DNA of 64,000 bases from Nitrospirales bacterium (GCA_965203295.1 CBDBCZ010000018.1:2336001-2400000), one strand, 5' to 3'; counted from the stretch's first letter, positions 12,535 to 26,729 are shown. Notes: generated by a model from the sequence alone, not told the origin. Made by a program: numbers and translations.

Positions 12535-15500
12535 GGATATGCTTGTTTCTTGAGTGCACCAAGTACCTCCAGTTTTACTACATGCAGGTACGAGCTACTG
12601 GTCATATGACACACTTCCAAGGCTGAGGATGAATGGCCATACTCTAGTAAAACCCTGGCGACTTCAGCCAGGAACTGCTCATCATCCTGAATGGAAGTAC
12701 GTAAATCAGAGTCATGCTGAAGGCTTGTGCTAGAACATAGATAAGTACCATCAGTACAACTGTCTTATTAAGCTAGAGATGTCACCAGTATTAAAATGGA
12801 GTTAGAATCTGTAAGTTATGACTATAGGCCTTGGAACGTTTTGTCTTGCTGCAGAATACGTACACAACACATGCTAGCTGCACTGTGGTTCACAGAAAAC
12901 CTATCATACGTACACATATGTATGTATGTATGTGAACGTGCTAGTGTAATACAACTTCTGGCCAGTTAGTAGCCTAACAGATGCTGTCCATGGAAGTGTA
13001 AGATATTAATAGTATCTCCACTTACTTAGTAAACCATAAACATACTGCAATGTAAAATTAGGAACAGTTAATATGTATACAGTAACCTATCCAACTATAT
13101 TGTAAACTTCAGATCTGCATATACATACATACCTCTTTCTTAGGTGTTGCTAAAAATTGCATGGCCTCTTTGACTAACCCTTCAGGGTGTATGCACGCAA
13201 CAGCCAATAAAGTACCATGCACCCATTTGAATGTGATGTGCATTAAAAACTGCCAAGTTGATAGCCTGGGCGCACATATTGTAGCCATATGTACTTTCTT
13301 GTCGTTTATAAATATCACTACTAACAGTCCACATGAACAGAGAGCAGAACTGTAGCCATGGGAAGGAAGGACAAACTACATGTATATGGAGCTGGCATAT
13401 ACCCGTACATGTAGCAAAAGTGACATACTGTTCATGCAAGTAATGGCTGCCTAGTGGAGGCAGTGTACACTACAACATTCCCAAGTCATTACATTTGGCT
13501 GATCTACTGCTGTTCATACATGTACACAGGCTTTGATTACTCTGCTCCTGGAAGCCACACTGTATGTACTGTATTGACTGGCAGACAATATAAAGAAATA
13601 ATGGGATCAACACAAGAGGGTAATTAATACAGGGTTGAATGCTTTGATACAGTTATAAATCCCTTTCTTCCTTAAATTATGTTTTGACTGTGCTTTTAAT
13701 TATACGTAATTGGTAGTGTCAGCAATTAATTTGCTTTGGAATAGGAAGATAATATCCATTCTTTGAAGCAAGTCAGACTCACTGTTTATCCCCCATGACT
13801 GAAAATCCTGTAGGTATATATCATGCATTCCTACTTCAGGCCCAGCATCATCTACGTGGACAATTAATTGCAAAATAATTTACAAGCTCAATCAGCATTA
13901 TCTCAAATTATGAAGAGTAGGCTTGAGATAAATGCTATTCTCCAATTCTTTGATTTTTATTTCAAATTATTTCTCAAATAACAGCTTTTGCTATACTGTA
14001 ACAAAAATTATTAAGTGAGCATTCTAGGAAAGACAAGTATGATGACACTAATACACCGATCACTTGATCAGACGCTATTGATACTATCATAGAGTGCTAG
14101 CTAGCCACTCGACCAAAGAAAACTATTGCCAGTTCTCTTGCATTGCCGGCGGGAGGGCAGGGCTAGCCCACTCATCTTGGCACACGCCACCAATAAACGA
14201 TGAGGTTTGCTACTACTCTAGAATCATGCTTTATGCTATTGTCTTGCTATTATTCTCAGCATAATTATTTCAAGCCTCTAATGATAAGAACCTACATGTA
14301 AATCTAGCAAGCCGTATTGTAGAGTAAAAGGTGCTATTGAAAATTCAACCACAAAGGGCTACAATGCCACATAGTTTCTTCATAAAGTGAAAGCACTATC
14401 ACCCTGTAGAAACAGTTCAGTGACAATGAATATCTTGCATGAAAACTACTTCAGTTGTGTAGCATCCCAGGTGCTATATATGCAAAGCAGTACTCAAAAG
14501 AGAATGAAGACTGTACTACACTACGTAGCTAGCATGTTTGTAGTTCACTGCTTCTGTGCAGTTGCTTATAATATATACTCATGTGGCGGCCATAACGCTT
14601 ATATCATTGACCACGCACCCACATACGCAGGCGGAGCTTGCAAGACCTCTAGTCAGAGGACGAGAGAAAGAGCAACCAGATGTTTTATTAATTAACCAGT
14701 ACCATCCTGATTGCCATATAATTTATTCTTCCAGATTAATAGTATAAACTCTTAACTACAGTCACTAATACTGAGCATGAACATTTGTTTGTGGGTGGAT
14801 AGATAGAGGTACTGATTGCTAGAATACTACAAAGGTTCTCACCACTATCCCAGGGGCTTGGGAAGATGTTTCGGAATACGGGGGCTGGTGCAAGAGGCTG
14901 CACAGCGGCAGATAGTGTTTCCACACAGTGCAGAAAAAAAAATTGGGACTGATTTGGCAGCTACAAAGAAACAGCAGTGACACTGTATGAGCGCCACGGA
15001 GCAGGGGTGAAAAAAGACTGACTATGCCTCTGGGCTACCATATCTATGCAAGAACACAACAGTTGTACAGTGCAGACGAATATATTATGGATCATATATA
15101 CTAACCATACAATAATAGACTAGTTATGGCTAGGTATCATCAATTAATGCATGAAATGAAATCACATTCCTGTGTTATGCAATACTTCACCAGCAACAAT
15201 TCAATATCACAATACATAATACATAAAAACATACCCAACAAGCTCCTTTAGTTCCTTCAATCGGTCAGTGTAGTACACCACAGCTGTAAGATATGATAGA
15301 TCACTTATCTATATATTCTTTGGGCAACTTCTTAATACTACAGCCTTATGATGTGTGTGTGTATACGTAGCATCGTTACCAGTCTCCACTCCCCACTTTT
15401 ATGCACCTATAATAAAATCTGTGTGGCTATACAACAGTAACAATAATATCTCTGAAGCAATTTTAGTCAGTTGCAAAAAAAAGATAAAGCTGCAGGAAGT

Positions 15501-16382
15501 AGTAGCTACTACATAACTGCCAACCCTAAGCTGACTCAAAAATGTAAATAAATTGCACTGTGCATTCGTATTTTTATAGGGCTAGGGTTAGGATAAGGGT
15601 TAGAGTTCGGTTTGGGGCTAGGGTTAGATAGTGTTAGCACTGTGCAGCTCATAGATTTATACAATGGTAACAGATTATTTTTATAAAATAGCACTGATTC
15701 ACAAAATGCGGCCAATACACGTACATGCCTATATATGTATGTAAATATACATACTAACCTGTACACATTTACTCACTCGGACCTAATACGTATGCTGGAT
15801 AATTAAATCGCAAGATACAACCTGGATTGGAGCCGGTTTATCTAATAATAAACTTGGTCATTGTACTATGAAGTATGAATACAGTAGTACGCACCATTCA
15901 GTAGATTCCACAATGATGGAAATTCCTACCTGTTCTGCAGTACGTGTATTTCTTCACTCTGGGTCTCCATGTTATAGCAGCATACCGTCTGCGTAGAACC
16001 TGCATTAATAGTGAGATTCACAATCAGTATTATACATATGAGCAAGTACAACTCTATGTTATGGTGAGCTGTATTGTAGAAGTGGAACTATGTACACCAT
16101 TCTCCATATACTTGATCTGAGGTATAGGCCTAAAGAAATGTACATGAAACCATCTATGATGAATCGCACAATTCATGGTCAAGTAGATGATATCCATTCC
16201 TATAATTGCACAGCTGTCGTGATGCCGCTTTAGTTTACCACTCCCACAAGCTGTTGTCCTGACATGCATAGTCTACATACCGCGTCAGCTTGCGCACTAC
16301 AGCGCTAGCTAGTAGTCTATATAATGTGTTCAACCAGATACTTATGCCAGTATGCCACTCAAATAATCCCGGTCTCCTTCAT
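12535..16382 (-). pseudogene. Decayed multi-exon gene head-to-head with RCL1 (weak resemblance to TOPAZ1-like proteins)
   Basis: Several AG/GT-bounded segments, e.g. DDEQFLAEVARVLLEYGHSSSALEVCH (~12690-12540), LLAVACIHPEGLVKEAMQFL (~13135-13320), DFQSWGINSESDLLQRMDIIF (~13720-13807) and a WC.*FHFYN CCCH-like remnant (~16050-16125). Stops are present and the identity is tentative. Confidence 0.4.
14545..14735 (-). mobile_element. LINE 3'-end fragment
   Basis: Shares gaccacgcacccacatacgcaggc with 60695-60800 and, inverted, with 35710-35797 and 40826-40923. Confidence 0.7.
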
Positions 16383-16575
16383 TAAAAATGTGGCTTGGGG
16401 CTGGGAATATAGGATCTAAAAAAAAACAGAACCACCCCACATATCGACTCACGCAAAGACGCGAGGAGAGCACACTGCCTCTGGCATGGGACATGTACTG
16501 CGTAGAGATGAACTGGGGGTGTGGCTGCCGATGTTGAGCCACACTCTAAGCTTTTACCACGTGGTGCGGTGTCAG

Positions 16576-18903
16576 ATGGGCCCCAGATCGAAGTTATTGA
16601 CTTTCGAAGGCTGTACCTACTTTCGGCAGCGACTAGTACTATCTACACTCAGCTCTCGACCAGTGAGGATAGCTAGAGTACGAGGAGATGCAGATGAACC
16701 AGGACTAAGAGGTCTGAGTATATACACTGAAGGTAGTTTACCCACTAAATTTACTACCCAAGGTTTCATACAACTGGGGGAAACTGTACGGGTGAGTGGG
16801 TGGGGGTAGTGAATAAATTATCAAATTATAGTTGCCTAGAGGAATATTTTTTAATCAGCTGTGTCCAGTGATGTTGAAGAAATTATTCTAGGCTCAGGTC
16901 ATTGTGGTGGTAGTCTTGCAGGCGAGACTCACTGAGCCTGAAGGTCGTTGCTTTAATGTCTTGTGCAAGCCATAATTTACAAGGAGCTACTCTAGTCTGC
17001 AGTACCTGCTCCGACGATCATTCTGTGCAATTTTTGCAAAGCTTGCAGTTTGTATACGTAATAGCATGGGTTGCTGTGCAATTTAGGATGAATTGCACAA
17101 GTAATGCAACCAGGAAGGAATCAATTGCATGAGGCAAAGCCGAGTGCTATTTACCTTCCTGGTTGCATTACGAGTGCAATTCCAAGTGAATAGTGCATTT
17201 GGAAGAACATCTGAGTTGTAATAAATTTGGACAGGGTGTAACAGCAATCACACTTATTTCGGAATACGTGATCAGTAGGTTCCTTGTTCATGTATGAAGC
17301 CATCGAGATGGCAGGTTATGGCCTTGTGTACACTTCACTTTTGTGAGCTCTGCCAGCTGTTTAAGTAATCTGCCAAGAGAACGGTTTTTCAACACAAGCA
17401 CTACAGTCATCTTTGCTTCCGAACACTTTAGGACCGTTGCTTTAATATGCTAGGGAGCCTGTTGGTACTACATGTAGCTGCTAGTCAGATATGTGTAGCT
17501 TATACTCTGCACTGATGAACAGATGTTTTCAGTATATAAGCCCACCATTTACACATGTAGTAAAGCTGCATATAAAGAGCTTGCTCCTGTGGTTTTATTT
17601 GATCTACAGCGCTTGAAGCAGGACTTCTAGACAAACTCACAAATGGTTCCAGGTTTGAAGTCAATGAAACAGATAAGGTTGCTGGTATATAATAATTTTT
17701 GTGTGTTTGATCTGCTGTTATTATGGTCTCCACTGTTTTTCCCAAAAACGGCTGGCAGTGGAGACTGGGAACGAGGGGTAATTACACTTCCAGTAAAGTT
17801 GTCTTTAGTAAATATTTTGTACATGTATATATGTATGTTTGGCTACAAAAAATAAATATCAGATTCTAGTTTCTCATCTACAGTATTTCTGTCGAAATTA
17901 GACTCTGTCACACTAAGTTATGCAATGGGTCATATCCGTTAGTGTGAATATACAGCATATCTATCCGTATGTACGTAAGTGAGTAGACATGTCAACTTTC
18001 GCCATGTGTTAGTCATCTATGATATTAGCCTCGTTCCCCTTCACTCAAAGGGCCCTTTACGAGGCCAGGGTACGAGGCTACTAAGATATCATCAATGAGG
18101 CTGTAATGAGAGAGTGAGAACGTGGTGACTCTCACTCTTTGCTGTGAGCATCCTCACTCTGTGTGGTTTGCTGCATCAGGGAACTGAGAGCTCCAATGAC
18201 TTGCCTGAAGTAGCAATTGTATTCTTTGTACCCAGCCCTCCCTGCATTTCTCACCTGCTATTTTTTTGATTGCAGGTGAAAAAGGCTTGGAGTACTGGGT
18301 GCGAGTTAATGTTTTCTGTTGCAATCAATTCAAATATCTACCTTAGCTTGCTTATATATATGTTCATGAAGTAATTCTTACTGGGGTCACAAACATCTTC
18401 ATACTGTAGGTAATAGTGTGTTCTACCATCCTGGATTACTAGTGGGAGGGAAATTGTAGTATGACTGCCGCTGTCAGCGATCGATTGGGTACTTCTTGGA
18501 GCCTCTGATGATGCTGGCTCCTTTTGCGAAATCTTCTGTTTGTGTCACACTTAGAGGTTAGGCTAACCAGTGGACCAGATGAGTGAGTACATACATGCTG
18601 TACATGTTATACCTCCTCCTCAAACAGCTTGTAATTGAGTATAGTGTCGGGGTCCACACGAGGAACTGAGAGAAGCTATGAGTCCTCTGGTGTTACCAGA
18701 AAGTAACCTGAATCACACTTGAGAGCCTGCATGTATGGCCAGCCTCTCTGCCCGGAATATACATGTGCCAAGGGCCTCTCATCAGTGGCACACACTTGAT
18801 TTCTATACCTACGTATACATGTATTTCACAGGTGGACTACTACCGGATGTGTGTCCTACCACTCTTGAAGAAAATCCTACCAGTTGGTGAAGTTGAGCTG
18901 AAG
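16576..18903 (+). pseudogene. RCL1: 5'-only RNA 3'-terminal phosphate cyclase-like protein (RCL1) pseudogene
   Basis: Exon 16576-16711 MGPRSKLLTFEGCTYFRQRLVLSTLSSRPVRIARVRGDADEPGLR; exon 17610-17672 LEAGLLDKLTNGSRFEVNET (donor mutated to ATAAG); exon from 18410 GNSVFYHPGLLVGGKL*YDCRCQRSIGYFLEPLMMLAPF (TAG at 18457-18459); exon 18832-18903 VDYYRMCVLPLLKKILPVGEVELK. These match the RCL1 N-terminus. No later exons are seen before the repeat arm. Confidence 0.9.
17090..17182. repeat. ~93-nt imperfect hairpin, part of an intronic repeat
   Basis: gaattgcacaagtaatgcaaccaggaagg ... ccttcctggttgcattacgagtgcaattc, with a central ggc-aaa-gcc. Confidence 0.8.
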
Positions 18904-19060
18904 GTACTACTTACATGTATATTAGATATTTATGACTAGTGCATGTCCTGTGAGCTGTTTGGAAGACTGTGTATTATTAAACTACTTATGAAGTAGGTGT
19001 ATATGGTGGGCAAGCAGAGATGCAGGTAATGAATCACTACTTGGGCATGCATGGTGCAAT

Positions 19061-19394
19061 ATAGAGTTTTCATTGACATCATCCGCATGTAGAAACTGTT
19101 ACCAGGGCGTCATTTTGGTGGGCAGTAAAAGTACATAGCCATACTCATAAACATCGGAAGTTACTCTCGTACTCGTAGTCTAGATGGCAGATCCACTCAA
19201 TTTATCCCGCCTGAAACTTCCTCACAGCGATAGTGGAGATACTGAATGCGTAAGTTCCCAGCAGCTCTTGTTTCTGAGATCACTGTTTGACATGCCAATC
19301 TAGTCGTACTTTGAGCAAAAATGGGCATAAACGGAACGTGACACGGATATACTACTGGAGCATGTGATCTGTGACGACACGTGAAAACTCTCTA
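19061..19394. mobile_element. Possible MITE
   Basis: Short inverted termini tagagttttca ... tgaaaactctcta. Confidence 0.45.
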
Positions 19395-19985
19395 TTATGG
19401 CAGCAGCCGCAGCTGCATGCTCACTAAAAATGGATAATGATGTGAAAACCAAAATGTGAATAACTTTTCACTTTTAGTTTGAAGCCTGTTGGTCCAAAAG
19501 ATCTCATCTTAGAATACATGTACATGTACGTGTATGTGTGATGCTACAAAGAAATTTAAGTACATGCCTATACTGAAAAAAAGCAGAATCCATAAGAAGC
19601 AGAAAGAATATAAGATTTTGAAGAACAGAGGTACGCATGTACATACGTATATACCAGTATCCAGTACTTATTTTTACGTAATTACACCCACAACGAAAAA
19701 TTACCATGAGAATTTACTCTGGTGTAAGGGAAGCATGCTATTATTATTCTCCAATTAATGTTACATGCAAATATGTAGCAGCCTGTTCACGTACATATTT
19801 CATACTAGGAACAGTTGAGTTGTGTACATATCTGCTGGCAGCCATCACTACTAGCACACCTAGTGTTGTATTCAGAGTCAGTGGCTAAATCTGCATTCTT
19901 TACACTTATTAAAACAGTTGATTATGCTTCATATCAGTTCTTTCTTAGCTGTATTCTCTTTCTATATCCACACTTGAATACTCAG

Positions 19986-21361
19986 GGCAAAAAGTATCAA
20001 GAACACTGCGCAGATCAACAAGGACATGTCACAGAAAGCATTGCTGTCAGCCTATCAGCAAGAGATGACAAAGTTGAAGCAACAACCTGAACACAGGTTC
20101 GTACTGTTAGTACGATATTACCCACCTCAACAGCTAGAACACGTGTACAAACATACTAGCTATTTGCGATAATTGAGATACAGCCTACATCTACATATTG
20201 CTTCTATAGGGAGAATACTTTGGGTCATGAAGAAATTGAGAGGCTTGTAAGAGAAAGGGAGGAAGCTCAAAAGGAAAAAAATGAGAAGGGTGGAATTGAG
20301 ACAAGTCTGCCGTGCTGAATCTACTGCTGTTGAAACGATTCTCCCAATACCTCTCCTTCATAGGCAGCAGTTCTGGAGGCCCACCAACAGCTAATGAGTC
20401 AGCTCAAGCTGAGAGAGATGCCTTGTATGGCAAGATAGCAGACCTGGAAAAAGTGTTATGTAAAAGCCATTTGTGATTGATGTATGTAGAGAAGTAACAT
20501 ACGTATGTGTGATATGTACATATGCATGTTTTGCTAGATTACAGCTGATCATGTTAGATGTATACATATACTACCAGCAACCAACTGCAGAGTTTTCACG
20601 AACCATTTACTAGCCTGGTAGACTAATTGAGTCAACTCTTACCCATGCAGTTTGGATACACAATAATATAGCAATTGTCTTCTTAAATTTTCAGTTTCTT
20701 CATGGTGGCAGCTAGTAGAGACATTAGTGAGTCTGAAGTGTTCCAAAAAGCTGTCCAAATGGTGAGACTTGTAAATGATTATATTACATTTGAACTTATT
20801 TCCCTTTCCTTTGCTGCTACTAGGCAAAAGATCGGATTAGACATGAATCTGAGTCACAGTTAGAGCGCAGTCTTGCTGAATTGGAAGCTGAAAAGAAAGG
20901 TTATCTTACATTGTACTGTTACCCAAATACCTTGCAAATCTGTACATACAGGGGATGATAGTATTTCGCAGGGCCTGAGATTGTTCTTGACATTAACATT
21001 ATAAAGCTGTCCACTGCAAATCTTTGTAAAGGTTCAACCCCACCACTTGCTATGTACATACATAGCACATGAAAGATTGATATAATCATGAGTTGTCATT
21101 AATTGCACATGCACTAAACTAGTCTATCCCAAGAATTATATGATAAACACCTACAACAACTCCATTAATAACCAGTAGCACTTAAATTTATGTATCGTAG
21201 TATAATAGAGAATGTGGAGCGGATTACAATACAATCACACATCACTCTACATATTTCACTGTACATTCACAAAGGCTGCAAGATTAGTGTGGAGAGGTGG
21301 AGAAAGAGAGGGAGTACTTTACCAAGCTAAGGGAAGAATTGCGGCCTGGAGATGGACAGAA
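19986..21361 (+). pseudogene. Kinesin-like gene fragment (neck and coiled coil), copy B
   Basis: Exon 19986-20096 RAKSIKNTAQINKDMSQKALLSAYQQEMTKLKQQPEH; exon from 20209 ENTLGHEEIERL; ~20364-20455 AVLEAHQQLMSQ/AERDALYGKIADLEK; 20824-20899 AKDRIRHESESQLERSLAELEAEKK; ~21275-21361 EVEKEREYFTKLREEL. The motor exon is missing. Confidence 0.8.
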
Positions 21362-24139
21362 GGTGGAGTGCATGGTGCAGACTCACAATACTAAATCAAC
21401 TGACTAAACTAGAGCTGGCATGGGCCAAAGAAATTGGGTACAATTTTTTTTTGCGGCCAGCATACCCAGGTGAAAAAAGACTTTTACCACAATAAATCTT
21501 ATAGTAAAGGAAAAACATATGGAGGGATGGAAAAAGACCATTTCGACCAACTATTAAGTTAATAACAGCACAGTTCTTAGCTAATCATATGTACAGATGA
21601 TAAATAAACGGTAACCTTTTGCTCATACTAAAATCACAAACCTTACAATTTGAGTCCAGCTCTTGGCTTTGACTCCGCAGATCCAAGCCCTTCTCAGGTA
21701 GCACAAGCCCTCAACAAGTACAGATAGAACTACCATGAACTGTGGAAATTTTTGGTCAGCTTTGCCAGCAGCTGTGATATTGCTACCAGCTGTACTACTT
21801 TAAAGCTCCCGCTGCAGCACTCTGGTAACCAATCACAGCCTAACCACCATGGCTAGCACCAGCGCTGGAACGACTACAATGCCTAACATGGGAACACACC
21901 ATTCATTGCATTCAAATGATAGAAAATACAATGATACCGGTATATATTGTCAAAGTATGATAGCATTATCTGTATACATGTACCGTCATAACTACTGTTG
22001 CATTGTATGTGTAGGCACATACTCACACTGTATGTGCATACATATACGTACGTAATATACCCTCTACTTCAAGGATTCTGCAAAGTTAAACAGTGTAATA
22101 GTAAGTATCTTAATCAGCCAATTCACGACATTCAACATTGGGGTTTACAGGAACACCTACGTTCTTTTCTCTTAATTTCACTGTGCATATGAATACTGTG
22201 TTTCCGCGAATAGACGCTGCCCTTCATTAGTAGCCACCGCTATTTTGCCTTCATAAGGTAGCGATCCAGCTCTGAAGACTGTGTGATTGAATATGATCTG
22301 AATATCTAGCTGTTTTGGAAGTACGTACATGCTCTTCCAGTTCCTCTATATTCAAGTCTCCCTTCCATGTTTTTTTTGTCTGAAACAGAGACTGCAGGGA
22401 GTGGACACTGCATCTGTGCCAAAATGTCTCATCTGTTGTTATGTTAACTACAATTGTACTTCAGAATGTAGGCATGTCTGTACTGTTGCTGGGTTTCTGT
22501 CTCACAGATCGTCATGTCCCTCTTCCTGCCGGCTATAGTTTACAAAGCTTTTGAGGCCGGAGGAGTGAGCCCCCTTAGCGCTTATTCACTGCACACCCAT
22601 AATATTCATCTGGTCAGTGAGTTGTACGTATACCGGTATGTACATTCATGGTATTAACACTTGAGTAGCTGTGTTTAAACAGGAGTGCACTGGTTAGATG
22701 TATACATATTTATGTAATCATCATCATCATCAGGTAAGTACATTCCTGTTTACTTCTTTTTTCTCAATCTGGTAATTTTTTTTGTCAGGGCAGCTATAGA
22801 ATTAACCGCATCATTGTAGGGCATGTGTATAGTATGTGTATGCTCCATTTTGTAAGAAGATATGTGCAGAATCATAGTAATACATTTACAAACACCATTA
22901 AATACATACTGTAGTTAAATTGATAAGCTGAAAAGTGAGTTAGTTTTAAAACGGCTACGTTTCAGTTCACTTAAAGTTGCTATCAATATCAATCTAATGG
23001 AGAGCTCATCTGCTTCACGTTCCCTAGCAGTGTTCGACCAGTCCTCAAGGACCCATACTTAGCAGATTACAAACCATTCATTTACTTGTAGCACCTTGTA
23101 TTATACACGTAGCTAACTATTCTCACTTGTCATGCTATTGTCAATCAACCTGGCAATGCACAGTAGCCTTCCTCATATAGTATGCATGTACAATTTTTCA
23201 CTCTGATGTTCACTCTCTTTTTTTGCCTAGACCCTGTTCATCATTCTCCTTGGATCCAAGCCTTGTAGGCTCGCAGCGGAGCCTCTATGAAAATCACCGA
23301 TGCTCTCTAGTGAGTGCCAGTGAATACTCAGGGTCAGTGTAGTATAGGGTACACAGGCTGCCCCTACATTGCTTTGGATGTGAATTGCAGTTAAAAACTG
23401 AACAGCGGAGTAGCAGTTTGTGATAAGATTGCATTTGGGAGTTCAAAAGTACCATTGAATGGTCTTCCTATGCCCTAACCAAAGAATGTTTTCCAGAAAT
23501 GATAGATTGCAATCTTTCATTTTCCTATCCACAAATTTTGTAGTTAGGGCTTCTCCACAGTATTCTCCACAGCATCCCTGGAGTGTATAGCTTCATTACA
23601 AATTTCAGAGGATTTACAGGAGCATTTTAGGCTGCCTATTCTTCAACCATCACAGCTTCATGTTACTGCTATCTATGGTATATTACATGAAAATACAATG
23701 TATCATATGTAAATTGATGTTTGCATGATGAAGGTTGCATTGAGAGAGGGTTATTTTATATGAAACATGCCACGCATGAACGGTAAGCACTAAGTAGAGT
23801 AATGAAGTACACGTAACTCTCTCCCAGCTATGGGATACACATACATACGTATGCGCCCGTATAATATAGGGGAAAGTATGTACTGTATATATCTTGACAT
23901 CTGATATATAAAATGCATCAACATTGTCATTGAAATGTTAAGCTTCTGTGTAGACATCAGGCACGCTGTGTATGCCAGGCAGTTTTGCGCGATGAACCTA
24001 TATTATAATAGCCCCATACCTGCATGCTGGATTGCAGCTATGTAATTTACCTGAGTCTCTAACGTGCAGCAGGTCATCTACATCAAGTAGTTAATCCTTT
24101 TAAATTTGGTCCACCTGGAGCCAGATTTCGGAACAAGAA

Positions 24140-25352
24140 CATGTGCCTGTATCAACCTCTTTAGAAAATACCATAATAACACTCTTTTTATGTTAGATTT
24201 CAACCTCCATTTATTACAAAACCCCTGTACTACATTAATCAATGTTTGTAAGTCCTCAGCATTAGGAGTTAAACCTACAAAATCATCGGCAAACATTAGA
24301 CCCCCAACCTGAACATCCTTCTTAATATTAATGCCAATCACAGCCTTCTCAACCTCATCTAACAACTGATTAATAGAGTTAAATAAGATAGGTGACATAC
24401 TACAAATCTGTGCCACCCCCTGACCTATATCAGATATTTCTCTCTTCAGTAAAACAGCACTCTGTGTGATCATGTCAACTCTGTCAAGTACTTAAAAAAA
24501 AAAAAAAACCTTAAGTGTTCCTCATTCTACCTGGTATGATTTCATTGAGAGCAAAGATGCCATCAACATGACTCATTTTCTCTCTAAATCTTCATAAAGA
24601 GCTCTTTCTTATTCTAATGTGATTACTATGCGATTGTTTAGAACAATTTTCCTCCCACATTCAATAATGTAATGCCTCTGTAATTACCCGGGCCCTCAGT
24701 ATCACTTTTCTTATACAAGCTAAAAATTAACACTTGTCCTCTTTGTTTTGAAACAGTCTCCACTGTACAAACTACTTCAGATTAGACTTTCAACAGACTA
24801 ATGACAAGCCGATCATTACCTCCTGCATTATTATTCTTTAAGGTTTTAGTTAAATTTCTGCAAAACTAATTCCACTGTCCAAAACCTTAACCTTCCATAA
24901 TCGAGACATTTCACTATACTCTGTCACTTTCTGCCCTACATGCTCTTTCCAGCTACCATCAAACTGAACATCTGCAGATGCTGTAGACAGTCTTTAATAA
25001 TGCTCACATAATACTCCCTTGGTACTGGTTACACATGAACCCTCAAATAAGCAACATACCCTTATGACTACCCTTTGAAGATCCTGCCAACAAATGCCCA
25101 AGAACTCTTTCCTGTTTTCATGAAAATCTTTATTAGCCTTTTCAATCACTTCATTTCAACTATCTATACCAATTCCTTGATTTCCGAACATAGTTTGTAA
25201 CACTCTCCCCATTTATCTTCCCTGCTAATACTAATCTCCTTGTAAACCAGTCTCCTTATCATAATCTTCTCCTTAATCTCACCGTTCCACCACCTCACCG
25301 CTTTGCCACACATTATCGCCTTTTCTCCGATTTCCCTACCATCACAGATAAG
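24140..25352 (-). mobile_element. Degenerate LINE RT fragment (mirror of 1390-2640)
   Basis: ORF 24078..24473(-) with GLMFADDFVGL. Confidence 0.9.
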
Positions 25353-26729
25353 CAGTAATTAATGCAACTGTTAGCTATGTCCTGTCTCTGGCACATTTTT
25401 ATGTAATGCACACCTAACTTTTAAATTGTATATTTGTGGGGGGGGGGAATCAAAAGTAGATAACTAGTCTTTGTCGTCTTGAAGACACGAGACTGTCATT
25501 ATTTTCAGTATAAGTCCATAAAGATCAGTGTTTCCTTTGAAAATACTGCTGCACAGCTTTGAAGGAAAGTTAAAAATACATATAAAATTGGTTTTGTACA
25601 TTTCATTGATTGGATAAAGTAATAGTACATCTGTGTAGTTTGAGCAGTGGTTGAAAGTTTTGTTCCCTTGGTTCAATAGTTGTTGGGTTCATGGTTCGAA
25701 AATCAGGCTCTATCTGCACAAATTCTATTGCTGGTTAGGCCACACGTTTCTGAAGATATTTCAAAGAGGAGTAAAGGCATGAATGGCTGCAATCATGTAC
25801 AGATAGAGAGCAGGACCAATAAGGATTTACTGCTTATGTACCTCATTGTGTTAAGCAAGCATAAAAGTCTCTGGAATGAACAGTGACTATGGTGACAGCT
25901 AGTGCATTAGGTCTCTGCGATATGTGGCATGCATATAGAGCTTGTAATAGAGTCTTGAGCTGATCCGATTCACTTGGTAGAAACAATGATGGCCAAGTGT
26001 TCATGTTATTCTTCGTAACATCACCGGCTTCATACACTGTTTTACCACCCAGGGTAGGAAGCCAGAAGGCAAAGTTACGTCAGAAAAGTACCAGGCTGTA
26101 CAAGAAGAGAGTAAGTCACAGTGTTACTGCATGAGCCTGTCAGTGCTTTCAAAAACAATAATCATCGATTCTGCTAATACTGTTTTATACATACTGAGCT
26201 CTGGCATTCAGATTCTACAAATAGGCTATGCATGCGTATTAGAGTGTACTAGTCAGATTTGTACCGAGGCGTTATTGGCTCTATTATATTGTTTCTGTAA
26301 CTGCATCTACAAGGGTGATTACAATGTCATGTTGACTATTGTATAATGTTTATACTGCCGTGCAGGTAGTGAGTTCACACACATCACAAGCAGTGGCTGG
26401 AGCTCAACAGTATCCGAGCACCCAAATGAAAATTTACAAGCTCTACCGGAGAGTGCATCAGTGGTGATTTCAAATGCAGATACCTTGGACAACAGTATAA
26501 AGATTGATTTAGAAGCAGGAAGTCAAGATTCAAGTGGACGAGACTTTATCTTCGTGACTATTTACATGTGATGAAGCTGTCGTCACACGTTGAACTGTTC
26601 TTTTTTTATTTCATGTGAGTATGCCACATTTGTGCTGCATATACTTGCATGACATTGTAGAAGTCTTATTTCAGATTTTGTACAATGTTTATCCTGCTAT
26701 CACTGATAATTGTTGTATTATTATTTTAT

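Noticed and set aside
15575..15630. Telomere or interstitial telomeric array
   Set aside because: Only a few degenerate TTAGGG-like units, as often found inside small repeats.
16486..16809. 107-aa ORF as a complete gene
   Set aside because: Only 16576-16711 is RCL1 exon 1; the rest is upstream sequence and intron read-through.
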